Assembly (NCBI GenBank): GCA_046484245.1
Contig: JAWOBN010000044.1
Location: forward strand, 1 to 42,211
Reading direction: 5' to 3'
DNA: 42,211 nucleotides
From: a bacterium
Lineage (GTDB): Bacteria > Hydrothermota > 32-111
The notes under the pieces were generated by a model. The model was given only the letters and a program-made list of their open reading frames with translations. It was not told the DNA's origin and did not search any database. Below, in pieces: positions 25,969 to 37,800 of the stretch; position 1 is the stretch's first letter, and every line of letters begins with the position of its first letter. The position numbers and the translations under genes are program-made.

Positions 25969-27605
25969 AATACCTCCTCGTGAACAATATTTATCTCATC
26001 CTCTATCTCTCCCAGCTGCGGGTTGACAAGTTTCACTGCATGAGGGCCTGTAAGGAGTTTTATGGAATCAGCCATCGGGGTTATGCCATAAAGTGAATCA
26101 TCTATATAGACATCAGCCCACGGTCTTACAATAATCCTCAGATATCCGTATGCCTTGTCAAGATTTCTATTCAATTCAACAATAGAATCCTTCACCACTT
26201 CAATAGTGTCAATAAAACGCACCCTGTTGGGATGCCTCAATTCAATTACATGCCTTCCTGTTTCCAGCCTGACAGGTTCCTGCAGGGGTGTCCTGTCTAT
26301 GAACACATTATTTATATAGAGATCAGCCCAGGGATTAATATTGAGTGACAGATACCCGTAATCCTGCGTTACTATGAGCTCTTTCAGGCTGATATTCACA
26401 GTATCAGGCCCCGTGAAATTTATTACTGTATCATAAGGTTCATATTGCACATTATCCACTGAAATCCGGTATTTGCCCGGACTCAGTGCAGCTAAAGCAG
26501 GAGAGCGCAGCACAATTGAATCATTCAGTGATACATTGATACCCGGCGGTTCGGTTATTATGCGCAGTGTCTGTCTGTCATTGTCACTGGATATGTATAT
26601 GCGTTCCGGCTCCCTGCTGCCGAAGTAAAAGTATATCTGTGCAATGGATATTCCCAGGAAAATAATTATCAGTATCAGCAATGCAATGACCTTGAATGGT
26701 TCTGTTCTCTTGACAATATGCACATCAAACTCAATTGCCTCTTCATCTGATGCAATCTCTCTGCCTTCAATATATGCATTGAATTCCTTGAAATCACCCA
26801 TTGAATCCAGTGATTTGATCATACTGAGCACTTTGTCACAGTCGGATATGCGTTTATCCGGGTCTTTCTCAAGCATCATATGTATCAGTCTGACAATGTC
26901 ATTATCCCTGCCCTCACCTGTAATATTTATCTCCACTGATTTATGATAGAGAATATTGTTTATTGTCTCAAATTCCTCCTTGCCGCGGAAGGGATTTTCC
27001 CCTGTGAGCATTTCAACAAAGGAGACACCCAGAGAGAATATATCCGAAGCAGGCGTGAGGGGTTTTCCTGTGAGCTGTTCGGGCGGGAAATACGCCGGTG
27101 TGCCGAGATATGTGCCGGGATTGGTTATCTTCATATTCTCATTTCTGTATGCAAGACCGAAATCCGTTATCTTTATCTCGCCATCGGCTGATATCATTAT
27201 ATTATCCGGCTTGAGATCCCTGTGCAGTATACTGTTTGAGTGAATGTATTTGAGGCCCCTTGTCACTTCCTGCAGTATGTACAGGGCTGTTGAATACGGG
27301 ATACTGCCTCTCTCCTCAATAAGACTGTCCAGTGTCATGCCCTTTATATACTCCAGAACAATATACTGGCTCTTATTCTCCTCAAAGAAGTCAATGATAT
27401 TGACAATATTCTTATGCTGCAGATTTGCCAGAATAGCTGCCTCACGCTTGAATCTCTCAACAAAATTACTGTCAGCGGCAAGATGGGGATGGAGTTTCTT
27501 GATAACAACATCCCTCTCCAGTGATATCTGCTCACCCCTGTATATGGTTGACATGCCGCCGTGGGCTATAATGCCTTTTATCCTGTAATTCTTAAGATTC
27601 TCCAT
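25947..27605 (-). CDS. Hanks-type Ser/Thr protein kinase with TM and PEGA domains
   Basis: GGMSTIY, VVIKKL, HRDLKPDN, DFG, GTPAYFPPE, SDIFSLG; TM; repeated PWADxYI..TP PEGA units. Confidence 0.95.
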   Translation of the reverse strand: MENLKNYRIKGIIAHGGMSTIYRGEQISLERDVVIKKLHPHLAADSNFVERFKREAAILANLQHKNIVNIIDFFEENKSQYIVLEYIKGMTLDSLIEERGSIPYSTALYILQEVTRGLKYIHSNSILHRDLKPDNIMISADGEIKITDFGLAYRNENMKITNPGTYLGTPAYFPPEQLTGKPLTPASDIFSLGVSFVEMLTGENPFRGKEEFETINNILYHKSVEINITGEGRDNDIVRLIHMMLEKDPDKRISDCDKVLSMIKSLDSMGDFKEFNAYIEGREIASDEEAIEFDVHIVKRTEPFKVIALLILIIIFLGISIAQIYFYFGSREPERIYISSDNDRQTLRIITEPPGINVSLNDSIVLRSPALAALSPGKYRISVDNVQYEPYDTVINFTGPDTVNISLKELIVTQDYGYLSLNINPWADLYINNVFIDRTPLQEPVRLETGRHVIELRHPNRVRFIDTIEVVKDSIVELNRNLDKAYGYLRIIVRPWADVYIDDSLYGITPMADSIKLLTGPHAVKLVNPQLGEIEDEINIVHEEVLRKVYSY

Positions 27606-27613
27606 AGTATGTA

Positions 27614-27641
27614 ATCTTATAATATTTCAGGGATTTGTCAA
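27614..27641 (-). promoter_or_regulatory. sigma70 promoter of the kinase operon, probably leaderless
   Basis: TTGACA-16-TAAGAT ending 8 nt before the ATG; no SD. Confidence 0.65.
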
Positions 27642-27667
27642 TTGATTTCATTAAAGTGAAATAATTG

Positions 27668-27752
27668 CACCTGTTATGATAAAAACAGGTGTTTTTATGC
27701 AAAGTTTGCCTGTCGGGAAATTTTTTCCTTGTGCTTAATGCAAATTTTGCAT
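27668..27752. promoter_or_regulatory. Palindrome cluster: hairpin plus candidate operator/enhancer sites
   Basis: CACCTGTT-N8-AACAGGTG (27668-27691); ATGCAAAGTTTGCC (27697-27710); ATGCAAATTTTGCAT (27738-27752). Confidence 0.5.
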
Positions 27753-29806
27753 CAGTATATACCGAGTTTTTCTTTTACAGATGGCAGTTTATCATCAGGT
27801 ATCTTTCTGAATTCCCTGAACTCCATTGTAAAAACACCTCTCCCCTGAGTCATTGTCCGGAGTTGATTGGAGTATCCGAACATTGCAGAGAGCGGCACAT
27901 CAGCATGAATAACCTGCCTGTCATCCATATTCTCAAATCCCTTTATCTCTGCATATTTGATATTGAGATCATTGATAACTGTGCCCACATAATCTTCAGG
28001 CACATTTACATCAAGTTTCATAATAGGTTCAAGAAGCACAGGCCCGGCTTTATCTATTGCTTTCTTCAGTGCCTGACTTGCAGCAAACATGAATGCATTC
28101 TCATTGGATGCCTGGTCATCATAATCCCCGTCCAGAAGGATCACCTTTACATTGATAACAGGGAATCCTGCTATCATGCCGTTATTAACAGCAGAACGGA
28201 GTCCGTTCTTTGCAGCTTCAAAGAATTCATTGGGCAGTGTATTCTTATCCAGTCTGCTCTCAAATTCATAGGGCTCATCGGACTTTTCAATGCGCAGTCT
28301 GAGTTTTGCATACATTCTCTTCTGCCCCAGTATCTTGTCAAACTCATACTCCACCTCCGCACTTTCTGCAATTGTCTCCCTGTATGAGACAATCGGTTTT
28401 CCTATGCGCGGGTCAAGATTGAATTCCCTCTTGAGTTTTTCCACAATAACCTCAATATGGAGCTCACCCATTCCTGAAATGAGTTTCTGCCCCGTATCCT
28501 CATTCTCATATACCCTGAAAGTGGGGTCAGCATCCTGAAACTGCTCAAGTATATCATTGAGTTTTTCTTCATCCTTTCTGTTGCGCGGCTCTATTGCAAC
28601 AGAGACAACAGGTTCGGGGAATACCGGTTTTTCCAGTATTATGGGATGCTTGGGGCTTGTTATTGTACTTCCTGTAAGCGATTTCTTAAGGCCTGCCACA
28701 GCGCATATTTCCCCTGCTGTGATCTCATCCACCTCAACACGCCTGTTGGAATGCATTGTGAATATTTTGTTTATCCTTGTCTTATAATCATAGGCAGCAT
28801 CATATACAGTATCCTTGGTTTTCATTCTGCCTGAATATATGCGCATATACACGAGTTTACCGAAGTGTTTGTCCAGATCAATCTTGAAGACAAAACCGCA
28901 GAAATGATCATTGACATCAGAGACCCTGGTCAATATGTCATGTGATTGCGGGTGTATGCCCTTAACAGGCGGTATATCCAGTGGTGACGGGAGATAATCC
29001 ACAATTGCGTCAAGCAGGGGCTGAATACCCGTATTATTCTTTGATGACCCGCACAGAACAGGCACAATAGAGTAATTAAGTGTCTGTCTCCTCACTGCAT
29101 CCCTTATCCTGTCACTTTCAATATTCTCCTCGGAAAGAACACTATTGAGTATATCATTATCATAATTGGCGATTTCCTCTATCATCTCCTTCCTGTATAA
29201 TGCTGCTTTCTCCTTCAGTTCGCCGGGAATATCAACAATATCAAATTTATGGTCCTTGTCATTTGTCCAGAGGTATGCCTTCTCTTCTATCAGATCAATA
29301 AGACCGGTGAACCGGTCCTCCCTGCCTATGGGTATCTGAAGGGGTACAATCGGCACCTTGAATGTCTTGCGCATTGTTTCAAGCACCCTGTAGAAATCAG
29401 CGCCGGCCCTGTCCATCTTGTTTATATACGCTATTTTGGGGAGTGAGTATTTATTTGACTGTTTCCACACTGTCTCTGACTGGGGTTCAACACCCTCAAC
29501 ACCGCTGAAAATGACAATGGAGCCATCAAGCACCCTGAGAGCCCTCTCAACCTCTGCAGTGAAATCAATGTGGCCGGGAGTGTCAATGATATTTATCTTG
29601 TGCTCTCTCCAGTTTACTGAAGTGGATGCTGAAATTATTGTAATACCCCTCTCTCTCTCCTGGCTCATCCAGTCCATTGTTGCAGAGCCGTCATCCACCT
29701 CACCTATACGGTGCACCTTGCCTGTATAGTACAGTATTCTCTCAGTGGTTGTGGTTTTCCCGGCATCTATGTGCGCTATAAATCCGATGTTTCTAAGGTA
29801 TTTCAT
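27752..29806 (-). CDS. fusA: Elongation factor G (divergent domain IV)
   Basis: AHIDAGKTT, RGITI, DTPGH, NKMD, GMGELH motifs; follows rpsG. Confidence 0.92.
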   Translation of the reverse strand: MKYLRNIGFIAHIDAGKTTTTERILYYTGKVHRIGEVDDGSATMDWMSQERERGITIISASTSVNWREHKINIIDTPGHIDFTAEVERALRVLDGSIVIFSGVEGVEPQSETVWKQSNKYSLPKIAYINKMDRAGADFYRVLETMRKTFKVPIVPLQIPIGREDRFTGLIDLIEEKAYLWTNDKDHKFDIVDIPGELKEKAALYRKEMIEEIANYDNDILNSVLSEENIESDRIRDAVRRQTLNYSIVPVLCGSSKNNTGIQPLLDAIVDYLPSPLDIPPVKGIHPQSHDILTRVSDVNDHFCGFVFKIDLDKHFGKLVYMRIYSGRMKTKDTVYDAAYDYKTRINKIFTMHSNRRVEVDEITAGEICAVAGLKKSLTGSTITSPKHPIILEKPVFPEPVVSVAIEPRNRKDEEKLNDILEQFQDADPTFRVYENEDTGQKLISGMGELHIEVIVEKLKREFNLDPRIGKPIVSYRETIAESAEVEYEFDKILGQKRMYAKLRLRIEKSDEPYEFESRLDKNTLPNEFFEAAKNGLRSAVNNGMIAGFPVINVKVILLDGDYDDQASNENAFMFAASQALKKAIDKAGPVLLEPIMKLDVNVPEDYVGTVINDLNIKYAEIKGFENMDDRQVIHADVPLSAMFGYSNQLRTMTQGRGVFTMEFREFRKIPDDKLPSVKEKLGIY

Positions 29807-29811
29807 AATTC

Positions 29812-29838
29812 AAAAAAAAGCCCGTCTGATGACGGGCT
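29812..29838 (-). terminator. Intrinsic terminator between rpsG and fusA
   Basis: Minus strand AGCCCGTC-ATCA-GACGGGC-T8. Confidence 0.85.
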
Positions 29839-29844
29839 CAAATA

Positions 29845-30318
29845 TTACCAGCGGAAATTCGCATATGCTTTGTTAGCTTCCGCCATCCTGTGTGTGTCCT
29901 CTCTTTTCTTTATAGCAGCGGAATTCTCTTTATTGTATGCAGCAATAAACTCTGATGCGAGTCTCTCTGCCATTGTATGATCACCGCGTGACTTGGCTGC
30001 ACTGAGCATCCATCTTATTGCCAATGCCAGCTTCCTCTCCGGTCTTACCTCCATTGGCACCTGATAGGTCGCTCCGCCTATTCTGCGGGGTCTTACCTCA
30101 ACAATGGGCTTTACATTATTCACTGCCCTCTCAAAGACCTTGATGCCGTCTTCCTTTGTCTTCTTCCTGACAATCTCAAGTGCATCATAGAATATCCGCA
30201 GACTGAGTGATTTCTTGCCTGCCTGCATCAGATAATTGATCAGTTTCCCGGCAGCTTCACTCTTGTACTTGGGATCCAGATATGTCTCTTTCTTAAAAAC
30301 ACGTTTACGCCTTGGCAT
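29845..30318 (-). CDS. rpsG: 30S ribosomal protein S7
   Basis: RRIGGATYQVP, HRMAEANKAYA. Confidence 0.98.
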   Translation of the reverse strand: MPRRKRVFKKETYLDPKYKSEAAGKLINYLMQAGKKSLSLRIFYDALEIVRKKTKEDGIKVFERAVNNVKPIVEVRPRRIGGATYQVPMEVRPERKLALAIRWMLSAAKSRGDHTMAERLASEFIAAYNKENSAAIKKREDTHRMAEANKAYANFRW

Positions 30319-30332
30319 ATATTCTCCATTCC

Positions 30333-30707
30333 TTAGTTTTTGGGTTTCTTTGTTCCGTAATGTGAACGACTCTTCCTTCTATCTTCAACACCTGCTGAAT
30401 CATACACACCCCTTACAATATGATATCGCACTCCGGGGAGATCCTTGACCCTGCCGCCCCTTATCAGGACAACAGAATGCTCCTGAAGATTGTGCCCTTC
30501 TCCGGGTATATAGGCAGTAACCTCAAAACCGTTTGAGAGACGCACCCTTGCTACCTTTCTCAGTGCTGAATTGGGTTTTTTCGGTGTTGTTGTATAGACC
30601 CTGGTGCATATACCCCTCTTCTGGGGACAATTCTTCAGAGCCGGTGCTTTATTCTTCTTCTTTACCTTCTTTCTTCCTTTCCTTATCAACTGATTTATTG
30701 TCGGCAT
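30333..30707 (-). CDS. rpsL: 30S ribosomal protein S12
   Basis: [22 protein letters not shown]. Confidence 0.99.
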   Translation of the reverse strand: MPTINQLIRKGRKKVKKKNKAPALKNCPQKRGICTRVYTTTPKKPNSALRKVARVRLSNGFEVTAYIPGEGHNLQEHSVVLIRGGRVKDLPGVRYHIVRGVYDSAGVEDRRKSRSHYGTKKPKN

Positions 30708-30719
30708 ACGCCATTCTCC

Positions 30720-33700
30720 TTATTTTGTTTTCAGTTCTTCCGGTTCTTCTGCTTCTTCAACTTCTTCTTCATTCACTGCAATCGGTTCATCCTCTATCTT
30801 CCTGTATTTCTTGACACCTGTGCCTGCAGGAAGGAGATTCCCCATTATAACATTTTCCTTGAGACCTTTCAAATAATCGATTTTACCCTCAATAGCCGCT
30901 TCTGTCAATACTTTTGTCGTCTCCTGGAATGATGCAGCAGATATGAATGACTTTGTGTTGAGTGATGATTTGGCTATGCCCATAAGCAGCCTCTGATAGA
31001 GAGCCGGTTTCCTGCCTTCCATTCTCGCATGATTATTGACCTTGTCCACCTCGTCTCTCTCTATTATCTCACCCTGTATGAATTCAGTTTCTCCTGAATC
31101 GGTTATCTTCACATATTTGATCATCTGTCTTATGATAAGGGCAATATGCTTGTCATTGATCTCAACACCCTGTGTCCTGTAAACTTCCTGTATCTGATTG
31201 AGGAGGAATGACGCAACCTCGCCCACTGTCTTGATCTTCATCAGATTATGAGGGTCAATAGCACCGTCACAGAGCTTATTGCCCGGTTCAACAACCTCGC
31301 CATTGTAAACAAGTATGTGCTTGCCGTAGGGTATTGAATACTGATATTCCTTATTATTGGGAGTGTGGATATGTATAATCCTCTCACCCCTCTTGACTTT
31401 TCCTATCTCCACTGTACCGCCGACTTCAGTTATAATGGCTTTGTCTTTGGGTACACGCGCTTCAAAGAGTTCAACAACCCTGGGAAGACCGCCTGTAATA
31501 TCGCCGCCTTTCATCTGAGTGCTCGGTTTCTTGGCTATTATTGTGCCGGGATATACCTTCTGACCGTTCTTCACAGTGATGTATGAGCCCACTGCCACAG
31601 GATGCTTGTTTATCTCCTTCTCATTCTTGTCAACTATCTTCAGCACAGGATGCAGTGTCTTGTCCTTGTTCTGAATAACAAGTGTGGATATCTCATCACC
31701 GGAGTATTCCCGTTTCACTGTCTGGCCGTCAATAATATTGGAATATCTGACATATCCCTCAACCTTTGCATGTACAGGCTTATAATACGGATCCCATTTG
31801 AAGAGAGGGGAGTCTTTCTCAATCTCGCTCTTGTTCTCAACAAGTATCTGCGCGCCAATGGGTACATTGAGTGTGCTCTCCTTTGCCTGTTTGTCCTGAC
31901 CCTTTATAAGTATCTGCGCATTATTGCTTGTATTTATTGTATTGCCCTCTGAATCCTCTGCTGTCTCCATACTCCTGAATTTCACCTTACCCGCTATCTT
32001 GGATTTCATCAGATTCTCTTTGCCTTCACCTGATGCAGTTCCGCCTGAGTGGAATGTCTTCAATGTGAGCTGTGTTCCGGGTTCTCCTATTGACTGTGCT
32101 GCCATAACACCGACAGATTCACCTATTTCAACAAGTTTGCCTATTGCGAGATTCATACCGTAACACTTCTGGCATATACCGTGTTCAGCTTCGCATGTCA
32201 GTACTGAGCGTATCTTCACCCTGTTTATGCCTGTGTTCTTCTCTATTTCATAGGCAGCTTCCTCTGTTATCTCCTCACCCTCATGCACAATCACTTCTCC
32301 TGATACATCACTGATAATATCCTCCAGTGCGTATCTGCCTTCAATCCTCGCTGAAAGCGGGGTGACGATCTCGCCTTTCTCAATAATCGGCTCCATCTCC
32401 ACACCGAGTATTGTACCGCAGTCATGCTCTGTCACTATTATATCCTGTGCCACATCAACCAGCCGTCTTGTGAGATAACCGGCTTCTGCTGTCTTGAGCG
32501 CAGTATCAGTGAGTCCCTTTCTGGCACCATGTGTGGATATAAAGTATTCCAGTACTGTAAGTCCCTCTTTGAAATTGGATTTGATGGGTGATTCAATGAT
32601 CTCCTCACCTGTAACCTTTTTCTGGGGTCTCTGCATCAGTCCTCTCATTCCGACAAGCTGTGATACCTGATCCCAGTTGCCCCTGGCACCTGAACCTGCC
32701 ATCATGAATATCGGATTGAAGCCTTCCCTGTCATTTGAAAGCTGTATCTTCATCTTCTTTACGAGCTGATTTCTTGTATTGAGCCATCTGTCAACAACCT
32801 TCCTGTATCTTTCCTTCTCTGTTGTTGTTCCGCCTCTTGTATGCTCCCTGTTTATCTTGTCAACATCCTTCTGTGCCTCCTCAATCAGCTCACCCTTGTC
32901 CTCCGGTATAAGCATATCGTCAATACCGAATGTGAGTCCGCTCTTTGTGGCAAAATAAAATCCTGTCTCCTTGAATTTATCAAGGAAAAACACTGTCTCC
33001 TTATTGCCTGTTTTCTTGTATAGTTCAAAAATAAGATTAGAGAGGTCTTTCTTGCCCATTGGCTTGTTGACAAATCTTATCTCTTCGGGTATGAGGCTGT
33101 TGAAGAGCACTCTTCCTACTGTTGTATCAATATATTCATCATTGAACTTGTATTTGATCTTTGCATGGAGGTCCACCATGTTCTTGTCAAAGAGATATCT
33201 CACCTCATCTTCACTGTCAAATATCTTTCCTTCACCCCTCAGTCCCTTTCTTTCCTTTGTCATATAGTATGCGCCTATAACCATATCCTGTGATGGTGCT
33301 GCAAGGGGTTTGCCGTGTGCGGGGGAAAGAATATTATTGGATGATATCATCAGCACCTGTGCCTCAATCCTCGCCTCATATGAAAGCGGGATATGGACTG
33401 CCATCTGGTCACCGTCAAAGTCAGCATTGAATGCATGACAGACAAGAGGATGAAGCTCAATAGCCTTACCCTCAACAAGAACAGGCTGAAATGCCTGTAT
33501 GCCGAGTCTGTGCAGGGTAGGAGCCCTGTTGAGAAGTACAGGATGATTCTTTGTTATGCCTTCCAGTATCTTCCACACTTCATTGGATTCCTCATCAATT
33601 ATCTTCTTGGCATTCTTCACACCATTGGCAATGGATTTCTCTTCCAGTTTCTGGATAATAAAGGGCTTGAATAATTCAAGAGCCATTTTCTTGGGCAATC

Positions 33701-34802
33701 CGCATTGATGCAGCTTGAGCTCCGGGCCCACCACAATAACGCTTCTGCCGGAATAATCAACTCTCTTGCCCAGCAGATTCTGCCTGAATCTCCCGTTCTT
33801 GCCCTTCAGTGAATCAGTAAGACTCTTGAGGGGTCTGTTGCCCCTGCCCTTAATGGGCCTTGCCCTTCTTGCATTGTCAAGGAGTGCGTCAACGGATTCC
33901 TGCAGCATTCTCTTTTCATTGCGCAGTATTATTTCCGGTGCACCTATCTGTATGAGATTCTTCAATCTGTTATTACGGGCAATAACCCTTCTGTACAGGT
34001 CATTGAGGTCGCTTGTGGCAAATCTGCCGCCGTCAAGTGCCACGAGGGGTCTCAGATCAGGAGGTATTACAGGCAGTTTGTACAGAACCATCCACTCGGG
34101 TCTGTTGTCTGACTTCCGGAATGATTCAACAAGCCTGAGCCTCTTGATTATCCTCTTTTTGGCTTCCTTGCTTGTCTGATGCTGAAGCTCCATCCTCAGT
34201 TCCATTGACAGCTCGTCCAGGTCAATTGCCTTGAGCAGGTCATAGATAGCTCCAGCACCCATCTTGCATTCAAAATCCTCACCGTACTGGGAATAGTATT
34301 CATCGTACTCATCTTCCGTGAGGACCTCTCCGTGCTGCAGGGGTGTGTTGCCTGAATCAATGACCACATAAGCATTGTAATACAGTATCTTCTCTATAAT
34401 TGATGTTTTGATTGAGAGCAGTGTCCCTATCTTTGTGGGAGCTGCCTTGTAGAACCATATATGGGCTACAGGAACAGCAAGGTCAATATGCCCCATTCTT
34501 TCGCGTCTTACCTTGGACCTTGTCACCTCAACACCGCATCTTTCGCAGACAATACCCCTGTACCGGGCATGCTTGTATTTTCCGCAATTACATTCGTAAT
34601 CCTTGACAGGACCGAATATCTTCTCGCAGAAAAGACCGTCTCTCTCCGGCTTTTGGGTTCTGTAATTTATTGTCTCTGCCTTCTTCACTTCACCGTATGA
34701 CCAGTCCTCAATCCTATCAGGGGAAGCGAGGCGCAGCTTTATAAAATCAAAATCAGCAGGTTTGCGGATTATTCTTCTTTTTTTCTTCTTCGGTACGGGC
34801 AT
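30720..34802 (-). CDS. rpoC: RNA polymerase beta' subunit
   Basis: NADFDGD catalytic motif, N-terminal zinc finger, [18 protein letters not shown]. Confidence 0.99.
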   Translation of the reverse strand: MPVPKKKKRRIIRKPADFDFIKLRLASPDRIEDWSYGEVKKAETINYRTQKPERDGLFCEKIFGPVKDYECNCGKYKHARYRGIVCERCGVEVTRSKVRRERMGHIDLAVPVAHIWFYKAAPTKIGTLLSIKTSIIEKILYYNAYVVIDSGNTPLQHGEVLTEDEYDEYYSQYGEDFECKMGAGAIYDLLKAIDLDELSMELRMELQHQTSKEAKKRIIKRLRLVESFRKSDNRPEWMVLYKLPVIPPDLRPLVALDGGRFATSDLNDLYRRVIARNNRLKNLIQIGAPEIILRNEKRMLQESVDALLDNARRARPIKGRGNRPLKSLTDSLKGKNGRFRQNLLGKRVDYSGRSVIVVGPELKLHQCGLPKKMALELFKPFIIQKLEEKSIANGVKNAKKIIDEESNEVWKILEGITKNHPVLLNRAPTLHRLGIQAFQPVLVEGKAIELHPLVCHAFNADFDGDQMAVHIPLSYEARIEAQVLMISSNNILSPAHGKPLAAPSQDMVIGAYYMTKERKGLRGEGKIFDSEDEVRYLFDKNMVDLHAKIKYKFNDEYIDTTVGRVLFNSLIPEEIRFVNKPMGKKDLSNLIFELYKKTGNKETVFFLDKFKETGFYFATKSGLTFGIDDMLIPEDKGELIEEAQKDVDKINREHTRGGTTTEKERYRKVVDRWLNTRNQLVKKMKIQLSNDREGFNPIFMMAGSGARGNWDQVSQLVGMRGLMQRPQKKVTGEEIIESPIKSNFKEGLTVLEYFISTHGARKGLTDTALKTAEAGYLTRRLVDVAQDIIVTEHDCGTILGVEMEPIIEKGEIVTPLSARIEGRYALEDIISDVSGEVIVHEGEEITEEAAYEIEKNTGINRVKIRSVLTCEAEHGICQKCYGMNLAIGKLVEIGESVGVMAAQSIGEPGTQLTLKTFHSGGTASGEGKENLMKSKIAGKVKFRSMETAEDSEGNTINTSNNAQILIKGQDKQAKESTLNVPIGAQILVENKSEIEKDSPLFKWDPYYKPVHAKVEGYVRYSNIIDGQTVKREYSGDEISTLVIQNKDKTLHPVLKIVDKNEKEINKHPVAVGSYITVKNGQKVYPGTIIAKKPSTQMKGGDITGGLPRVVELFEARVPKDKAIITEVGGTVEIGKVKRGERIIHIHTPNNKEYQYSIPYGKHILVYNGEVVEPGNKLCDGAIDPHNLMKIKTVGEVASFLLNQIQEVYRTQGVEINDKHIALIIRQMIKYVKITDSGETEFIQGEIIERDEVDKVNNHARMEGRKPALYQRLLMGIAKSSLNTKSFISAASFQETTKVLTEAAIEGKIDYLKGLKENVIMGNLLPAGTGVKKYRKIEDEPIAVNEEEVEEAEEPEELKTK

Positions 34803-37800
34803 TTATTTACCTCCTGTACTGTCATTATTCTCCTCTTCCTCTGAACCCAGTTCAACATCAAGACACAGTCCGTTCAGTTCCTTTATCAGCACATTGAATG
34901 CTGCGGGCAATCCCGGATCAGGCGGGTTTTTACCTTTAATAATGGATTCATAGAGATCTGACCTGCCTCTTACATCATCCGATTTAACTGTGAGTATTTC
35001 CTGCAGTGTATGAGCAGCACCATATGCCATCAGTGCCCAGACCTCCATTTCGCCGAATCTCTGTCCGCCGAATTGCGCCTTGCCGCCCAGGGGCTGCTGG
35101 GAAATAAGTGAATAGGGGCCTGTCGCCCTTGCATGTATCTTGTCCTCAATCATATGAGAGAGCTTCATTATATACATATAGCCTACTGTGACATCCTCGT
35201 CAAATTTCTCGCCTGTCATTCCGTCATACAGCGGTGTTTTACCATTGGGATTGAGGCCTGCCTCTTCAAGATATTCCTTGATATTGTCAATTGTACAGCC
35301 GTCAAATACAGGTGTGGCATATTTCATGCCGAGCTTGATGCCTGCAAATGCCAGCAGTGTCTCCAGGACCTGTCCCACATTCATTCGCGAGGGAACACCC
35401 AGCGGATTGAGCACAATGTCCACAGGTGTGCCGTCTTCCATATAGGGCATATCCTCAACAGGCACAACAGTTGATATAACACCTTTATTGCCGTGTCTGC
35501 CGGATAATTTGTCTCCCACCTGCACATTGCGTTTCTGGGCAATAAAGACCTTGACCTTCTTCAGTACGCCATTGGGGAGTTCATCACCGTGGACCTGGGA
35601 CATGGAGACCTCTCCTATCTTGCCCCTGATCTTTGATACTGCCTTGTTGGAATCCCTCACAATGGATTTTACCTTGTCATAATCATCACCGAATGCACTC
35701 TTCTCAATAAGGACTGTATTATAGTCCACTTTCTCCAGCACTTCCCTGTTGAAGCGAGTGTTCTTTCTGACAACAACCCTGCTGTAAATATCATAGACAC
35801 TGTCTTTTGCCTTTTTGCCTTTCAGTATGTCAACAAGCATATCAAGACGCTTCTTCTCAATGTGCTTGACCTTCTCTTCAATCTGCTTGACTATTTCTTT
35901 TTCAACATTTTCCTTACGTGTTGATTCCTTTGACAGAACCCGCACATCAAGAACCACTCCGGTTGTTCCGGGAGGCACTCTCAGAGAGGTATCCCTCACA
36001 TCCGATGCCTTCTCGCCGAATATCGCCTTGAGGAGTTTTTCCTCGGGAGTCAGTTCCACTTCACCCTTTGGTGTTACCTTTCCTACCAGTATGTCACCCG
36101 GTTTGACCTTTGCGCCTATCCTTATTATGCCGTTCTCATCAAGATCAGCTAATGCCTCTTCAGGCACATTGGGCAATTCCCTGGTGAATTCTTCCGGTCC
36201 GAGTTCTGTTTCCCTGAGATCCACTTCCTGCTCATTTATATGTATGGATGTCAGTGTATCTTCATGAAGCACCCTTTCGGAAATCACTATTGCATCTTCA
36301 AAATTATATCCGCGCCACGGCATAAGGGCAACGAGCATATTCTGCCCTAGAGCCAGTTCACCATTATCGCAAGCATGTCCGTCTGCAATAATATCTCCTG
36401 CTTTGATCTTGTCACCGACAGATACAATGGGCTTTTGTATGACAGTTGTGTCCTGATTGGTCCTTTCAAATGACTTGAGATGATACAGGTCATAACCGGC
36501 ATCCTCTTCAAATATATTCTCACTGTGTTTGCCCGGTGCCTTGACCTTGATATAATCACCTGTCACTTCCTCTACAGTACCGTCATTCTCCGCCAGTACA
36601 ACACTGCCTGTGTCCCTGGCAGCTTTCTCTTCCATTCCCGTTCCCACAACAGGTGCTGTGGGTCTTAATAGAGGTACTGCCTGACGCTGCATATTTGAGC
36701 CCATCAATGCTCTGTTTGCATCATCATGCTCAAGGAATGGTATGAGTGAGGCAGATGGTGAAACAAGCTGTGCAGGCGATACATCCATATAATCAACCTC
36801 ATTCTTGGGGACCATGGGGTATTCACCCTTTCTTCTGCACAATACATACTTGTCAAGGAATTTCCCTTTGTCGTCAATTCTCGCATTTGCCTGTGCTATT
36901 GTGTATTTATCCTCTTCATCAGCTGTCAGATATTCTATGCTGTCCGTGACCTTGCCCTTCTCCGCTTTCCTGTACGGTGATTCAATAAATCCGTATTCAT
37001 TGATTCTCGCATAGGTTGAAAGCGATGTGATAAGCCCGATATTGGGGCCCTCAGGTGTCTCAATGGGACATATCCTCCCGTAATGGGAATGATGGACATC
37101 CCTTACCTCAAACCCTGCTGTTTCTCTTGTAAGACCGCCCGGACCGAGTGCAGACATCCTTCTCTTATGCGTGAGTTCTGCAAGCGGGTTTGTCTGCTCC
37201 ATGAACTGGGACAACTGACTGGTTGAGAAAAAACTCATTATCATTGAGGATATGAGCCTTGCATTAATGAGATCTTTTGGTGTGAGTGATGAGATATCCT
37301 TGAGCATCATTCTCTCTTTAATGGATTTGACCATCTTTGAAAGTGCATGATTAAGGGTGTTCTCAAGCAGTTCACCGACACGTCTGAGACGTCTGTTGCC
37401 CAGATGATCAATATCATCAAAATCATCCTCCGAATTATCCAGTGATAGATGCATCAGTTTCCTCAGTGTCTCAATAATATCCTCGGGGACAAGTCCCTCT
37501 TCATTTTCATCCACATTATGACCAAGGCGCTTGTTGAGTTTGAATCTTCCCACCTTGCCGATTTCATAGCGTTTAACATTGAAATAGACATTCTCAAAGA
37601 ACTTTTCGGCAATCTCTGTTGTTGCCGGTGTTGTACCCCTTACAAGGGTGTATATCCTTTCTATTGCTTCCTCATAGGAATCCGTGTTGTCCTTCTTGAG
37701 TGTCTTGAATATAATATCCGTTTCTTCATCATCAGCTTTTACCAGTTCAATCTCATTGATCTCAAAGCTGAGGAGATGGTCAAGCATTGCATTATTGACC

